Source: Anthoceros angustus (Eukaryota > Plantae > Anthocerotophyta). Taken from it: a stretch of DNA of 64,000 nucleotides. Below are positions 45,694 through 59,062 of the stretch, piece after piece. The position numbers and the translations under genes are program-made. Numbering within the stretch: the stretch's first letter is position 1; every line of letters starts with the position of its first letter. Location of the stretch: NCBI GenBank assembly GCA_010909165.1, contig MU008198.1, forward strand, positions 124,001 to 188,000, read 5' to 3'. The notes below the pieces were generated by a model. That model searched no databases. It was not told where the DNA came from and worked only from the letters and a program-made list of their open reading frames with translations.

Positions 45694-48318
45694 AATTTGA
45701 CGCCCACCGCAGAGGACTTGCGCAATTCTGGGCAAAGGAGGTGTGTATCAGCGAGAAGGACTCTCTGCAAGCGTAGGTGGTTTCCTTAAACGCTAGGCGG
45801 TTGAAGACCAAAACTGGAGCCCTTTTGACAGAGGGACAGCAATCCTTGGATACTGTTTGGCAGCCTTCCACGACTCCTGACGACGACGACACACGACTAA
45901 ACGAACACATAAGGGCCTTGGGGGCGAACGATAGCTTCGATGAAGAAGCTAGAGGAAGTGGAGCGCATTCGAAATCTGGCTATTGTGATGGATTCGGAGT
46001 TTGCTCTAGCCCCGGACGAGTCCCAAGTTAGCCCTAGGGAGTAGGCTTAGTGTTCTCATGTCATGTGCATCTGCTGCTTCTCTTAGTTCGCAATCACTTA
46101 TGGACCCGTTGCATTCAGGCAATTGATGTCTTCAGTTTTCCTTGTTCCAAAGAAACAATGAAAAGGCGCCAGCCGGCTGGCACCCTCTTGCCGTTTTGAT
46201 GTCTTTGTTGTGCGAATACGGTTTTTCACAAGACCTTATCGTTGGAACATGGTCTTTAAAAAGAGCTAAAACGCATATTTCGGGACTGTGTGGAATGTGC
46301 TACGAGGGTTTTCATTTCACGGAAGGGGGTTCGGATATTCACCCCCTTCACAAGATATCGTGTTCATCGTATGCTGGTCGTTAGGAAGCAACGCTTCCAA
46401 GCTAACTATGCTTGGCAACAGGGGATTCTGGAGGCATGGAAGGGAGATGTGGCCAAGAATGTTACCTTACAGCTCCGTTTGAGTGAGATGACCCTCGAGA
46501 GAGATGCGCTGCGCAACAAGTTAGCCTCGGAGAATGGCCTGAGGAATTTGAATGCCCTGGCTGATCCACTTTGTATCCACAAGCTGGACACCGTTGTAAG
46601 CATCGGATGTTTCAAGGGAATTCACGACTCTAATTTCAAACCCACCATTGCTGTTCTCAAGTGTGTTTAAACCCTCTTCAACAAGCACAGAGTTGGCAAG
46701 TTCGTTTACCAACAAATTCCGACCTCCATTTTCAAACGGTATTGCCCAATTAGGTTTTTGCTCATTCTTCCTCGACTTTCCCAATAATGTGCCCACTTTC
46801 AATGCATGAGACGGGTACTTGTTCCGTGTCTTCCCTTGAGCAACTCTCCCCTGTCACGGGCATGTTCACCAGCACCCTTCTATTGTCACCGTTTCCCCAA
46901 CTCACTGTGTTTGCATCTTATTCTATGGTCTTGCCTTTCTTCCACCTGTGCTTGAGTCCTAATTTATCCTCTAACCAAGCAGATTTGGAAGACGTGCATG
47001 TGCGGCCTATTGCTCCACTTTTTTTTTTTTTGGTGGTCCGTAGCCCTCTTCTCTCCCTTGTTTATCTTCTCCTGTAGTTGAGCAATTTGCTCTACTTCTT
47101 GCTAAAGGACTTGCTGCAACTTGCTTTCCATAAGCGGCTTGTCTCTCGTACATCTTCCTTTGCTCCTCGCTATTGTGGTAGAACTGGTAGTGGCATTTGG
47201 AGAGAATGAAACCCATTTTGGACAGCTCGAATCTCCCTCTCTATCACTAATTGGATTTTTGAACTGATCAAACCTCTAATTTCACTCTTGATTCCCAATG
47301 ACTAATTACAATTTTTTTTGTAAAAAGAAATTAGTTTCTATTCCTAAATATGAAAGATCACAAGTTTCCATAGTGAGAGGTGTCTCACTCAATTAGTGTT
47401 ACTCATCAAGTAATAAGATAGTCTATACCATTGAATATCCAGACGTAATCAATTCATTTTTGGTTATTCATTGCTCATTTCTCTAAATAAGTATGCTTTA
47501 GGCATAATGGTATGTAAATATCTTCACCTCTAACAACGATTTGCGGTAATAATTTTCCAATTCTTTATGTGAATGGTGCCACCTTACCATAAAGAATTAA
47601 GTTCTGTGGAACAAAACAAGCAATTCTTTTGAAAGTAAGAGGTCTCAAGTTGATCAACCTAGAGTAAGAAATTCTCAGCTAATCCAACCAGAACAAGAAC
47701 TCTAAAGTAATTGTGCTACATTCTGAGTTGTTTTCTAATGGATTCTGTCTAATCAACAAAATAAACAATCACAAAAGATCACAACAAAGAATACATAATT
47801 CAATTGATAAGTCCAAGTTTAAGATTTTGTATTATAAATTATAAATCGTGAAAATTATGCATGCAAAATGAATGTGAACACAATAATCACGTGAGAACAA
47901 TCAAAATAATGCCTATTTTTTGGTGAAAAACTATTTATATAGCATTCTATTAACTGTTTCTCAACGATATAGCCAACAGTCAAGCTCCATGTGAAACTTA
48001 TTAAGGTTATAATCTTCAATAACCGCTTTCCAATTAATTATATATTTTTTAAATCCTTCATATTCCAATCAATTATAATTAACTTGTTCGATTGAGTTCT
48101 CTTCGTATTGGTTTCTTTCAGTTTTGTAACTCACTTGCAAATTATTATCCAAAATGCTTAAATTAGTGTCTAATAGGCCTCTCTGGAGCAGACCTTCAAT
48201 CGTAAATCAATAACTTCTTGAGACATGACAGATACAATCAAGTGTGTAATGTAGATAGAATATCATTGATCCAACATACATTCGGACATTGAGCACCAGG
48301 TGCTCTCATACCATATTA

Positions 48319-48666
48319 CCGTACCCCGAGGTGTGATTTGGCATTAATTAATTAAAATAAGTGAAAGTTAAAAATCTGGAAATTATTGTACTTAAAATGT
48401 TGAATATATAAAAATTTATGAGTTTAAGATTCCGAAAAGAAGGAAACTAGAGTTTGTATGGAAAATTAGGACCTGTTTAGGGGAGGTCTATACATATTCG
48501 TTAGTTTTATATATATACCTATGTATTTTAATAAAATTTTAAAATGATAAATTTATTTTTAATAAATATTGAACATTTGAAAAATATAAATATTTATGTT
48601 GAACCTTATTTTTTCAAAAAATAATTATTTCGGCATTATCCTGTTGAAGCACCCCTCGGGGTACGG
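48319..48666. mobile_element. 348-bp MITE, Tc1/mariner type (TA target duplication)
   Basis: TIRs ccgtaccccgaggtgtg (48319-48335) and cacccctcggggtacgg (48650-48666) match at 16/17. ta flanks both ends, and the interior is very AT-rich and non-coding. Confidence 0.85.
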
Positions 48667-48999
48667 TACTTTTATAAGCGGAAGCATAAAAAGTAGATTG
48701 CAACAAAGCAAGATGCAATTCAATAAAAACGATTTCCAAAAATTATCTTAAATATGTGTGGTGGGGTTCACTAAGTAACGTAATTATTAAATAAATAATA
48801 ACAGGTAAATTATTCTAACCCTATAACTCTAACGGAGGGCAAGAGCAGGATATTAAAGAAGACAGCGAATTGGCGGAGGGAGGGGAGCCGGGAGAGATCG
48901 GGCACATGTCGCGCCGCAAGCAGGCAGCATAACCGTCATAGGATGATGACCATACACATTCTTCGCACATGTTTGTCAAGTTAGTAACGTATCTTCGCC

Positions 49000-49239
49000 C
49001 ATAATGCCGCTCTGCATCTCATGTCCCTGTTTTACGAGTCACTAAGCCAAGGTGAGGACGCCTGCTCGGCCTTGCAATCCGCGATGATCAAGATGCGCCA
49101 GACTGGCAAGTACACCCTCCACCAATTAGCTCCGTTTGTAGTAACTGGCTTGCCCACAGTCTGCTTACCACCACAGATGCAGAGATGCCAGGCTGCATTG
49201 GAGCTTGCTTCGTCCATCTCCAACCTCCAAACATCCTAA
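49000..49239 (+). pseudogene. C-terminal fragment of a CHAT (caspase-HetF) domain protein
   Basis: AALHLMSLFYESLSQGEDACSALQSAMIKMR...HQLAPFVVTG resembles the CHAT tail LM..FY..L..G....AL..A........WA.F...G. No upstream catalytic part was found. Confidence 0.6.
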
Positions 49240-52200
49240 GGCTAGCGCCTTGAACCAAGCGATGACTTGTGGATTCGCATTGTGACCTCACAAGCTCCAG
49301 ACTATCCCAACTTTCACACCGTGAACAAACAGGGAAGCATGTCACAACAAAGCTCGTGCTTATCTCCTTGTAACATAAAAAATCCATCGTTCTCTTGTGC
49401 CGATCCGGGTTTGGCCTCCTCGCACCCATCATCTCTCGATGCTGCCGATACCGGTCTATCAGCATCGTGCTCAGCCGCCCCCGCTCACAGCTCTGGTGCA
49501 GCCGTCCTTTCTCACGAGCACGGTCTGCCCCTGCTTCCCCCGAGGAAAACCTTGGCAAACTACCCGCTTTCCTACAGTTGTCCCTCGGCCGGGCACTGAC
49601 TCCTCCGGTGGCGCGCCCGCCTTATCTACTCTAGCTGCCTCTTTATCCTTATATTGTCCTTGGGCCTCGGACACGGTCTTAGATCCAGTTATACCTATGG
49701 TGCGTCCTTGGACTTCTGCAGAAGCCCTCCGCTTGCCTCCATGTGTATCCGCACATTCATACCATTTCCTATCCTATGTATCATGTATGAATTCGCTCTT
49801 CCTCCTTTTTCATCTTTTTATCTCTGCCGACCCCGACGTGGTTGCACCACGGCCGTCTCTCTTTTTAATCATATTCTTTCTGCCAGCGCCATGTCGCCAG
49901 GTCAACGCGCACAGGCCGGCCTCATCGGCGGCAACAATATGATCGTGGGAAGCGTGCGATTCTCGTTTCAGATTTGCGGACGTGCAAGAGGATGGACAGC
50001 AGTGTGTTCTTCCTCTTGCCATGAGCAGTGTTTCTTCTTCTTCTTGCCATGACTGCTCACAGGTTCCGGGTTGGGGTTAAGCAAACACGCAGGAGCGATC
50101 TGAAGCGACTGGGAGCTGTTTCGGGGCATCGGGTGTACAGTGTGGGTGCTGACGATGGTGATGTGTGGAATCTGTTCGTGACATGTGCAGTGGCAGCGCC
50201 ATCCTGTACCCGGTGGGAGCTCCAGCTCGGGTGTGGTAGCCTTGCACGTCTCCAATTTAAGTTGCTCAGATCGCTACCCGCCTCAAGTACCCTCCCACCC
50301 AGACCGTCAACATTGGTGCTGCTCAAGGACATCGTCCTCTCCTCCAGCCTCATCTTTGACGGCAATTACTCCTGCACCCATCTTAAACGCCAGCAACAAT
50401 CTAAAGCCGGAGATCAGTCGGAGCTCTGAATGAAAAGTCCCCACAGTCCAGAAGTGGGACGCCAACAACGTGCTGCTGCAGAACATCGGGTTCGAGATCC
50501 CTCCCACCAACCGGCGGACCCCCCTCCCTGCCCGAGGACACGGACCAGATCAGGTCACGGTGGACTCGCTGCTTCTCACGTTGTCCCCAGACGAGAAGGG
50601 AACATCTCCAGCTTCATCACCGTCAACGCTTGGCAGTCGCCAGAATCACCGCATCATGATAACTGTGACCAGTCTTCCGGGTCCTACTGGGAAACCACCA
50701 GGCTCGCCTACTACGATTCTCCGGACTGGCAGACGGTGAACCATAGCTTGCATACTGACTTAAACTTTGGCGTCCTTTCTTTGGAGTTTGCACCAACTTC
50801 CAAGCTGATCAACGTTTCTTGGTGCATTCATGATTCGCAGGACTATCCGTGGCCATACTAACCACAGGTAACCTCCTCCTCCTCGTCCTCCTCCTCCTAT
50901 TTCCAGGGCAGCTGCTATTTCCAGGATGCAGGGATCGAAGGCCGATTTTGATCAGTCGGAATCGCTAAATTTTTGCGTTCATCCTTGATTCTGGCGGGCA
51001 ACAATATTTCAATAGTGATCGTGGACTGAGTCAGCAGAAATACGCCGACCTAAGTGAGCAATGAGATGTGAGCACATAACGTTCGGTGGCGTCCCTGAGC
51101 AGCATGCCCTGGAAACTTTCCAGTCCATGCTGTTAAGCCTTCAATTCTTTTCTTAACTTCTGGCTCTGTTCAGTGACCCACCCAGAACTATGGAGTTGAT
51201 AACAAGCTGTCACCAATTGATCTCACATGTCGCAACTCCAAGCCGTGCCCCATTCCCAAGGAGGCATCAAGTCCGTGAGCTCCTCCTCATTCATGGCCAA
51301 CTTCAATGTGCCTCCATGTCCAGCAGTTCCCATCACCTGATCATCTCTCATTCCCATTTTTGTCATAATCCGCAGTAGCCTCAAGGGTGAAGTACCAGCG
51401 GCTGGATTTGTAGTATAGGGTATAGCCCTGATTCGTGCTTTCCCGGCCTTGTGCTCATGATCCTGCTCCCAGCTTGGAAGTCGAGAGGTGGGTGCACATT
51501 GTTCATGTCGACCACGCCCTAGGTGATGCTCAAAGATAGTCCACAGCTTTTGCATCCATAGCCGGTTTCAAAAGACTGTCCACAGCTTTTGTAACTTAAG
51601 CCTGTTTTCCTCCATCCTGGAGAAGCATGTACGAGCTTAAATAGTTGATCTTATAGTGAACGATATCATTCACAGGCCAGGTGTTGTCTATGGAACCATT
51701 TGTACAAGGAACTGTTTGCTGCCTTGCACTAGCTAGGCAGAACGCTAGCTCCTGTGCCGAGGTTAGTTATGAAGTGTAAGCCTTTTGGTGTAATGCAAGA
51801 GAGTATTTCCAGGGTGAAGCAAAGGAGAGGGGATATGAGAGTCTCAATCTTTCCAGTCTTTGAGAGTCTCAAGACCGGCCACAACAAAATTTCAGCAGAC
51901 CAGGGACACAAGCTGGTGTGGTTGAATCTCCTGTTTCGAAGTCCTGTCATGTCCTGCCGTTCTGCGCGCAGGCCCTAAAGCCGCGCTTGGCTGTGGAAGG
52001 AAGGTTTCAGACACGGTCTACAGTGTTGCATGGCTCTGTAAGCATCTCCTAGTATGTATCTGGCCACGGTCTACAATGTTGCAATGCATGTGTTGCAACC
52101 AGTCGGAGCCAGCAGAAAACCAGCTCTTTCTGCATACCGTCACAAGATGTCCGGGGTTGCCAGGGGAAAAGCACACGATGTCAGATGCCAGACTTACATG

Positions 52201-53434
52201 TAGACGAGACCACCAAAAAAACTGGTTTTCACATTGGTGGCAGGGTGGCAGGACGCTGTACTAATGGTAGAAGCACGATTTGTCAGCTGCTGGCCACACC
52301 TCGACGAGCAATCGGCCTACTTTTCAGACGGTCAAATCTCACAGCACTGTCTGATGAGAATCGGTGTCTAGCACCTTCCGAAGAGAGGACTTGCTCACAA
52401 AATCGTACGATGCCCGCGGATAATGCTCAGCTCAAACCTGTCAACCCAGTGAGATGAAACGTTGTCTGATGACCGCAGAGAATGAGGGACCAGTGTCTCT
52501 CAGGATTGGGATAGGGGTGGATCAATCATGCTGCACACCAACTTCGTGAACAGGCAAGCACTTGGAAAAGCAGTGGTACACGAGGTCCCTCCCCCCTGGA
52601 AACAAAGTGGCCGAAAAGGAAACAAATTGACTCCAAGCTTGACCTCTTGTCAAGATGTTGGTGACGTAGTCTGTAAAGTAGCCAATCAGGAGGTCCTGCT
52701 GTGACATCGCAATCGGGAGGCACATGGGAAAGCAGAAGCCTGAGTGGGCTCGTAGTTAATACCACCACCTACCATACCTGCGAAAGCAGAAGCAGACGGT
52801 TGAGCACTATGCCTACTTCTTCCACGGGCAGACTACTACTCGAGAAAATTTGCCAAGGGAGGCCTGGGTAGCACACCGAATCTCAAGAGGACTGCTCACG
52901 GTGACGAAATAGTGCGAGGCCACCGGCCCCTCGCAAGGTTAGGCTGCCCTACGCCGCCTGCCCTTCCCGATCTGTACAAGCAAAATGCTAAACCTAGCAG
53001 CAGAGCCGCAGCTGGGTTTTTCAGTTCAACGCGTATGATTCCCGAGTCACCCAGACGACAGAGAAGGCAGTGGGAAGATACCTCCGCCACCCAGGAAGGG
53101 ATCCATGAACCGAATAGAACCTCGAAGGGGGGGGCAGGGGTCATAATAACGGAAAGAGACGCGCTGCGGAATCAGGATCACGGTTTTCACGTACACAGAA
53201 GCTGTCAGAGCGGGTGGAAGCTGGAAGCATGCAACCCATGCCTCCTCCCTGGCGCGGGCCAAAGTTAGGGTTAGAGCGGCACCGACAGGGCAGGATGGCG
53301 CAGGATTCGGTACACGAGACAGCTGGGTGCGGGTTCCCGACAGGCTTGCAAGGCAGGTGCGCGGAAACGGCATCTCCCCACGCACACGCTCCTCCGACCC
53401 CCTTACTGTAGCACAAGAGTGTTTGTACATCTGT

Positions 53435-53492
53435 AGCTGGCTGGCTGGCTGGCTGGCTGGCTGGGCTGGCTGACTGGCTGGCTGGCTGACTG

Positions 53493-53530
<38 letters not shown>

Positions 53531-53586
53531 TGGATGATTGAATGACTGGCTGACTGGCTGACTGGATGACTGGCTGAGTGGCTGGT
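53435..53586. repeat. (GGCT/GACT)n tetranucleotide microsatellite
   Basis: Directly visible array. Confidence 0.95.
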
Positions 53587-54144
53587 GATATCAGCCTCCA
53601 CGCTTTGACAAAGCAGAGTTTTAACAAGGATGAGAATCTGGCGACCGAGTCCAGGTCCCCAGGTCCAGGACCAGGACCGTGCGTTGCAACTTGACATTAG
53701 CAGTCATGGCCCAGGCCAATGGGTGGAGCAGAAATTCCAGAGCGGTGCCCGAGTCGGGCCGTCGGGCCTCGACACACGAGCCCCGTTGGAAGATGAAGAA
53801 GAGATTCATCGCGGTATTATAAATACGTGCCTCCCTTGCGTTCAGTTACACCTCCTCTTAATTCATGTTTCCACCGATTGACCAATGGTTTCATATGCCC
53901 GAAGCAATAGAATACTGCAGAACAAGTACAAGAGGGCATGATTGTGAGGCCACAGCCCACGTCGGGGGTGGGCACTGCAGGCATCGTAGTACGACTCCTT
54001 GGGACGACTGCAGCAGCAGCCAGAGGTGCAGCTTGCAGATGGGATGCATGTACATATACGCATGTACATATGTGTAATGTAGCAGACAAGGAAGGGCCAA
54101 GCGATTGCCAGGCTGGGGAGGCTTGGGGCAGTCCTGGGCAGTCT

Positions 54145-54145
54145 G

Positions 54146-54178
<33 letters not shown>

Positions 54179-54195
54179 CCCTGACCCTGACCCGA
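54145..54195. repeat. (TGAGCC)n / (TGACCC)n hexamer microsatellite
   Basis: Directly visible. Confidence 0.9.
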
Positions 54196-54352
54196 CTCCG
54201 ACTGCAACGTACGCACAATGGGAATAAAAGAAAAGGCCCGGGCCCCCGGGGTGGCGTTTTGTGCATGCAGGGGGGACGTGCGTGACGGCCGGCGGGCGTC
54301 ACCAGATCACATTACGCCCGCCCGCCTACCCCGCCCGCCCGGCCCCTCCTCC

Positions 54353-54421
54353 TCGTTACCCGTTACCCGTTACTCGTTACTCGTTACCCGTTACCCTTAC
54401 CCTTACCCTTACCCTTACCCT
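54353..54421. repeat. (CGTTAC[CT])n grading into (CCTTAC)n microsatellite
   Basis: Directly visible. Confidence 0.9.
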
Positions 54422-55336
54422 CAGGGTTTCTCCCCCCGTCTGTTTTCGTTGAGTGGGTCCCATTGTGGCCGACTGACCCCCGTAGCACCCGGTCACAATT
54501 CAACTTGGCCGCGAAGGCGCTTTGCCGGTGTGGTATGAAAGGGCATGTGTCAGTAGGGTGCACCGCCAAATACATACGTACTGTGCCTTCCATTTTCATG
54601 TCGCTGCCCGTGCGTCTTTTGCGGGCCGGGTCGGGGTTACATGGGAAACGGGCCCCCAGTGGCAGGGAAGTGGTGGGACTGGAGGAGCGGGCTCCGTTTT
54701 AGGTAATGTGGCGCACCAAGCGCGCTCGACGCCGGTGAAGCCGCGGCTGTACAGGGCCCTCGATCGTCGCCGCCTTCTCCTGCTTCTCCTGGCCACGCGA
54801 AACACCTGACCCGTTTCCTCCTTCTCCAGGCCCGCGTCGCCCGCAATTTAGCCGCTCGTCCGCCTTGGCCTTGGACTCGCCTCCGCATCCGCCTCCGCCT
54901 CCGCCTCCGCCTTCGCCTCGCCATCGCCTTCGCTTTGCATTGCCAATTCCATTGCATTGGTCGCAGCGCGCGCGGGCGCGGGGCCCTGGATTTCCGCCTT
55001 TCCGCCTCTCGTTTGCAGCGGGAGGCTGCAAATGACCGCGCTGCGGCGCTGCGGGAGCCGGTGCTGGATTCCCGAGCCGGGGGCGGGATCCGCGTCCCGA
55101 TCGCCGTAGTCGAGCTCGCCTCGGTGCTGCGGTAGGAGGGGGATCGGGGAGCGCCATGCGGCGCCAGCACCGCCGGCTTTCGCTTCTGGCAATTCTGGGG
55201 ACGGGAGACCGGGAGGCAGCGGAGGGTGGAGGGTGGAGGGGGACGGGACTGATTGATTGATTGATTCAGAATCGGGAAGGGCAGGGCTGGAGGTGGAGGA
55301 GGATTGCTTGTTCCGGGTGCGAGGTTTGTTCGTTTC

Positions 55337-58300
55337 ATGAAGGGAGACCTGCTGGATGGAGTGAGAAGGGTGGCCACCATGAGGATCAAGAGCTGGTGGC
55401 GCTTCTTCTTCTCTCTCCCGACCTACTCGCTCTCCCTCGTCTTCGGCAGCATGGGGGTGAAGAAGGGATCCCGCATGCTGTGGTCCAACGGGCTGCTGGC
55501 CGTGCTGCTTATGCTGGCGCTGCTCAAGTTCGGCTTGCACGCCTTCAGCTGCTCCAGCAGGGGCGATGGCGTGGACTTCCGCTCTCGGTCCGGGAATACC
55601 TGGGACTTGGAGTCTGTGTATCCGCGGCGCAGGATGACGGAAGGTGTGGCCGGGGTCGCTGGCCTTGGGGATGACGCCTCGTCTCGAACTTTCTCCGATT
55701 TGGATCACGGCCAGGAGGTGAACTTTTTGCATCCGATCCTTCCGTGACTTGGCAATGTGTGCGTGTCAGCCTGGCCTGGCCCGGATGGCTTGCGCGCACC
55801 CACCGCATCGGGGCTGCCTGCCTTCGCGATCATGAATGCGAGTGCTGCCCTTCTGGTTTGGTGACGGGTGGTGTGTCGTGTCACGGGGCCCGCCGGGGGG
55901 GCTCAACGGATGTCATGAGCTTGTTGCCAGCTTGATGCTGTGTTTGGCTTGCATTGCAGTGCACGAATTGCGATCCGGAACTGATGATGCAAGCTAGGGT
56001 TGTGGAATGATCCAGTCGGAATTGGAATTGGAATTGGAATTGGAATTGTAATTGGAATTGGAAGTGCGACTGACTTGCAATGTGCAGGAGCTCCGGGGTC
56101 ATCCTACCATGACCGTCTTCTGCGCACCCAAGGCGTTTGATATGAACGACCCCAACGACCCGCAGCGTCGGGCTCTGCTGTCTTGGCTCAGGCTCAAGCC
56201 CAGGCCCAAGGTTGTGCTCATGGGAAATGAGCCCACTTTGGAACAGGTTGCCAAGGAATTCCCTGAGGGTTGGATCAGCGTGGAGGCTACCTTGGACTAC
56301 AATATGAGGGGTATGCCTATGTTCCACAGCATGATGGCCAGGGCACGGGCTGCTGATACCAATGTCTCCATGATGATCAATGGAGACATTGTGCTGCTGG
56401 AGGTAGGTTTGCGTACGTACACCGTTGTAGCCGTGTCTCGCCATCACGGCTTTCGACTTCCTTCCGGCATTCCATTCACTGCGCATGGGGACTGACACTC
56501 TTGTCTGTCTCAACGGGCAGGATTTTATGGTGGCTCTGAGAAAGACTTTCATCACATTCGACGACTGGCTTCTCACCGCAATGCGATGGGACGTCAAGGA
56601 GCTGCCCTACCGCTTCCAGCACAAGGGCTCTGGGGTTGTTGAGCTCATCGAGTCCAGCACAGGGGAGATCGTGTCCGACTCCGAGGTGGCCAGCTATGGC
56701 AGGGTGAGTTGTTGTTTGCACATGCTCGATCACATTGCTGCATGGGCGACCCATGAATCACGTCAGAGTTATAACTGGCTCCCTCATGTTGCCAGTCTCA
56801 AGGCACCTTACACACATACGGAGGAGTGGACTTCTGGGCATGGAATGTGCGGCGGTTCGAGAACGGGGAGGACCTGCCTCTGCACGCCACGCCAATGCCT
56901 CCCTTCAGCTTCGGCAGGGGCCGGTACGACAATTGGCTGACGCACCAGATTGTGGAGGAAGCAGGCAAGCGGGCTGTCATCGACGCCAGCGACTCCATCG
57001 TCAACATCCATGTGGCGCACTCCTACGCCCATGTGGGCACCGGAGCCAACTCCGCCCCTGTCAACTTCTGGAGCTCCAACAAGAAGAACTCGTGGGAGGC
57101 GTTCGCCAACATCCTCCTCTCCCAGACGGTGGGCAGCTTCAAGAACCAGATGGGCACTGCTCTCCACATCCCCTACAAGATGATCAGCTGCTCCGAGCCC
57201 ACCTATGGTAACCTCTGCCTCACCAAGAGGGTGAAAGCTGCCTCCTGCACCTGCGAGTACAGCTCCCACGTGAACAACACCCAGACGGAGCCCATGCTGG
57301 AGGACACTGGCAGGTACCCCCATGACATGCCCCCATCCCCTCTATGCTGTGAGCCATGCCCGATTTGTGCTGTCCAGAAGCCCGTTGTCGTGGCCCTGGA
57401 GTGGTGTGGAGGGCAGTGCCTGAAGAAAGTGTGTGATTGTGTCTGCTTGTGTAGGTATCGGTGTGGCTCCCTGTCCGTGGAACAGCCCTTTCGCATCAAC
57501 GCAGTGCCCAGCAACAAGACGGTGCCGGGCCTGCCCCATACGCTGGAGCACCTGCTGCAGGAGGTGGCGGACGAGAGCAAGACAGTCGTGCTGGTGGCAG
57601 TGACTTCTCTGTACAAGGAGATGATGCTCAACTACGTGTGCAGGGCGAGCAAGCTCGGGCTGCGCAATGTGGTGATAGCGGCGCTGGACGTGGGCATGTA
57701 CACGTACGCATTCACGCAGGGGTTGCCGGTATACTACGAGAACACTCCAGGCGTCGGGCGCGTGAAGGCGCGTTGCGTGATGCGCGTACTGGAGCTGGGA
57801 TACAACGTTCTATGGACGGACGTGGACGTGGTGCTGCTACAGAACCCGCTCCCGGAGCTACTGGCGTTGGGGCACGGCACGTTCCCGATCCTCAGCAATG
57901 AGCCGGACGAGAAGCTGCCCGCCAACGGGCTCCGCCGAGTGGACGCCGGATTCTACTTGGCGCTCGCCGAGCAGCGGACCAAGCAGGTGCTGTCCGCCGT
58001 GGTGGCCTACGCGGAGGCGACGGGCCAGTCGGACCAGCTCAGTCTCTACGCCGTGCTGTGCGGCGTCAAGGGCGAGAAGCGGCAAGGGGATGCCGAGTGC
58101 CGGCACGAGAACGGGCTCCGTTCCGTCTTCCTGGAGCGAAGCCGGTACCCTAACGGAGCCGTGTACGGGCTGTGGGAGTCTGCGAACACGACGGCTGCCT
58201 GCTCGGCCGCCAAGGCCATGGTGCTGCACAACAACTGGGTGGCCGGCAAGCAGGCGAAGGTGGACAGACTGGTGCGGAACGACATGTGGCTCTTCGACAG

Positions 58301-58442
58301 CCAGAGCCGGATGTGCGTGCACGACTGGCATCCCTGGCTGACCCGGAGGCGGGCCAGCTTTGCTCAGTACAAGGCCACGGTGATGGAGGTGCTGAGCAGC
58401 ACAGGCGCTCTCAGGGAGTACTCCACCCGCTCTATGCTCTGA
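55337..58442 (+). CDS. RAY1: GT77 nucleotide-diphospho-sugar transferase, beta-arabinofuranosyltransferase RAY1-like; exons 55337-55717, 56088-56402, 56521-56703, 56796-57313, 57455-58442
   Basis: Phase-consistent GT-AG introns and an N-terminal hydrophobic anchor. RAY1-type motifs: ALLSWL, GMPMFHSM.AR, DLPLH..PMPPF.FGRG, ADESKTVVL, LGYNVLWTDVDV (DxD), YPNGA, VLHNNW.AG..K, SRMC. The start codon choice is uncertain. Confidence 0.88.
56018..56063. repeat. (GGAATT)n intronic microsatellite
   Basis: Directly visible. Confidence 0.9.
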
Positions 58443-59062
58443 ATGATCTAATTCTTGTGTAAAAGGACACTCTCTATTTGCCTTTAGGACGGCTTCGTAG
58501 GCTACTCGAAGGATGTAGCTGGCCCCAAACCCCTCTATAATATATAGAACTAGATGACTCAGGCAGGAACCGATAACAACTATTTTGAACAGATGGCGAA
58601 TTGTCGTCGAGGCAACTGTACGTACTGAGAAGCGGCAGAGCATTTTATACAGTTTATAATCTTGGGAGACTCGGTCACTGTTGTGATACTGGCAGATTTG
58701 GGCTGGGGCCCCGGCAACTGGGAGGGAGCATGTACTCGCCCCTTCCCTTTGCTTGGTTCAGTGATTTATCCACAATCTGCCAACGGCAACGTATGTATAC
58801 GACAATAGAAGCAGGTAGAACATAACTTGCAGGGAAACAACATCTCGATTAAGATCGGTGTACCAGAATGGCCCTAAAGAATTAATTGAACGTGGCACTA
58901 CATATACACAAAGTGTTACTGGCAGTCCGCGGCCGCTGCTGGGTCCCGGGGACTGGGGCCCTCTGAATCTAGAGTCCTGCCACCCCGTTGTAAATTATTC
59001 AAACTGTCAGGCAGCGGAGCCCCTCCATGTCCATTGCCAAACTCGGAAGCACGTATTCCACC

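Noticed and set aside
54390-54421. (CCCTTA)n as an interstitial telomere
   Set aside because: The unit is TAAGGG on the other strand, not TTAGGG or TTTAGGG. There are only about 5 copies, grading from a different microsatellite.
50028-54830. Possible additional gene(s) between the CHAT fragment and the RAY1-like gene
   Set aside because: Some exon-like stretches exist (50430..50861 +, 52522..52725 -, ~53075-53220 -), but I could not build a phase-consistent model or recognise a domain.
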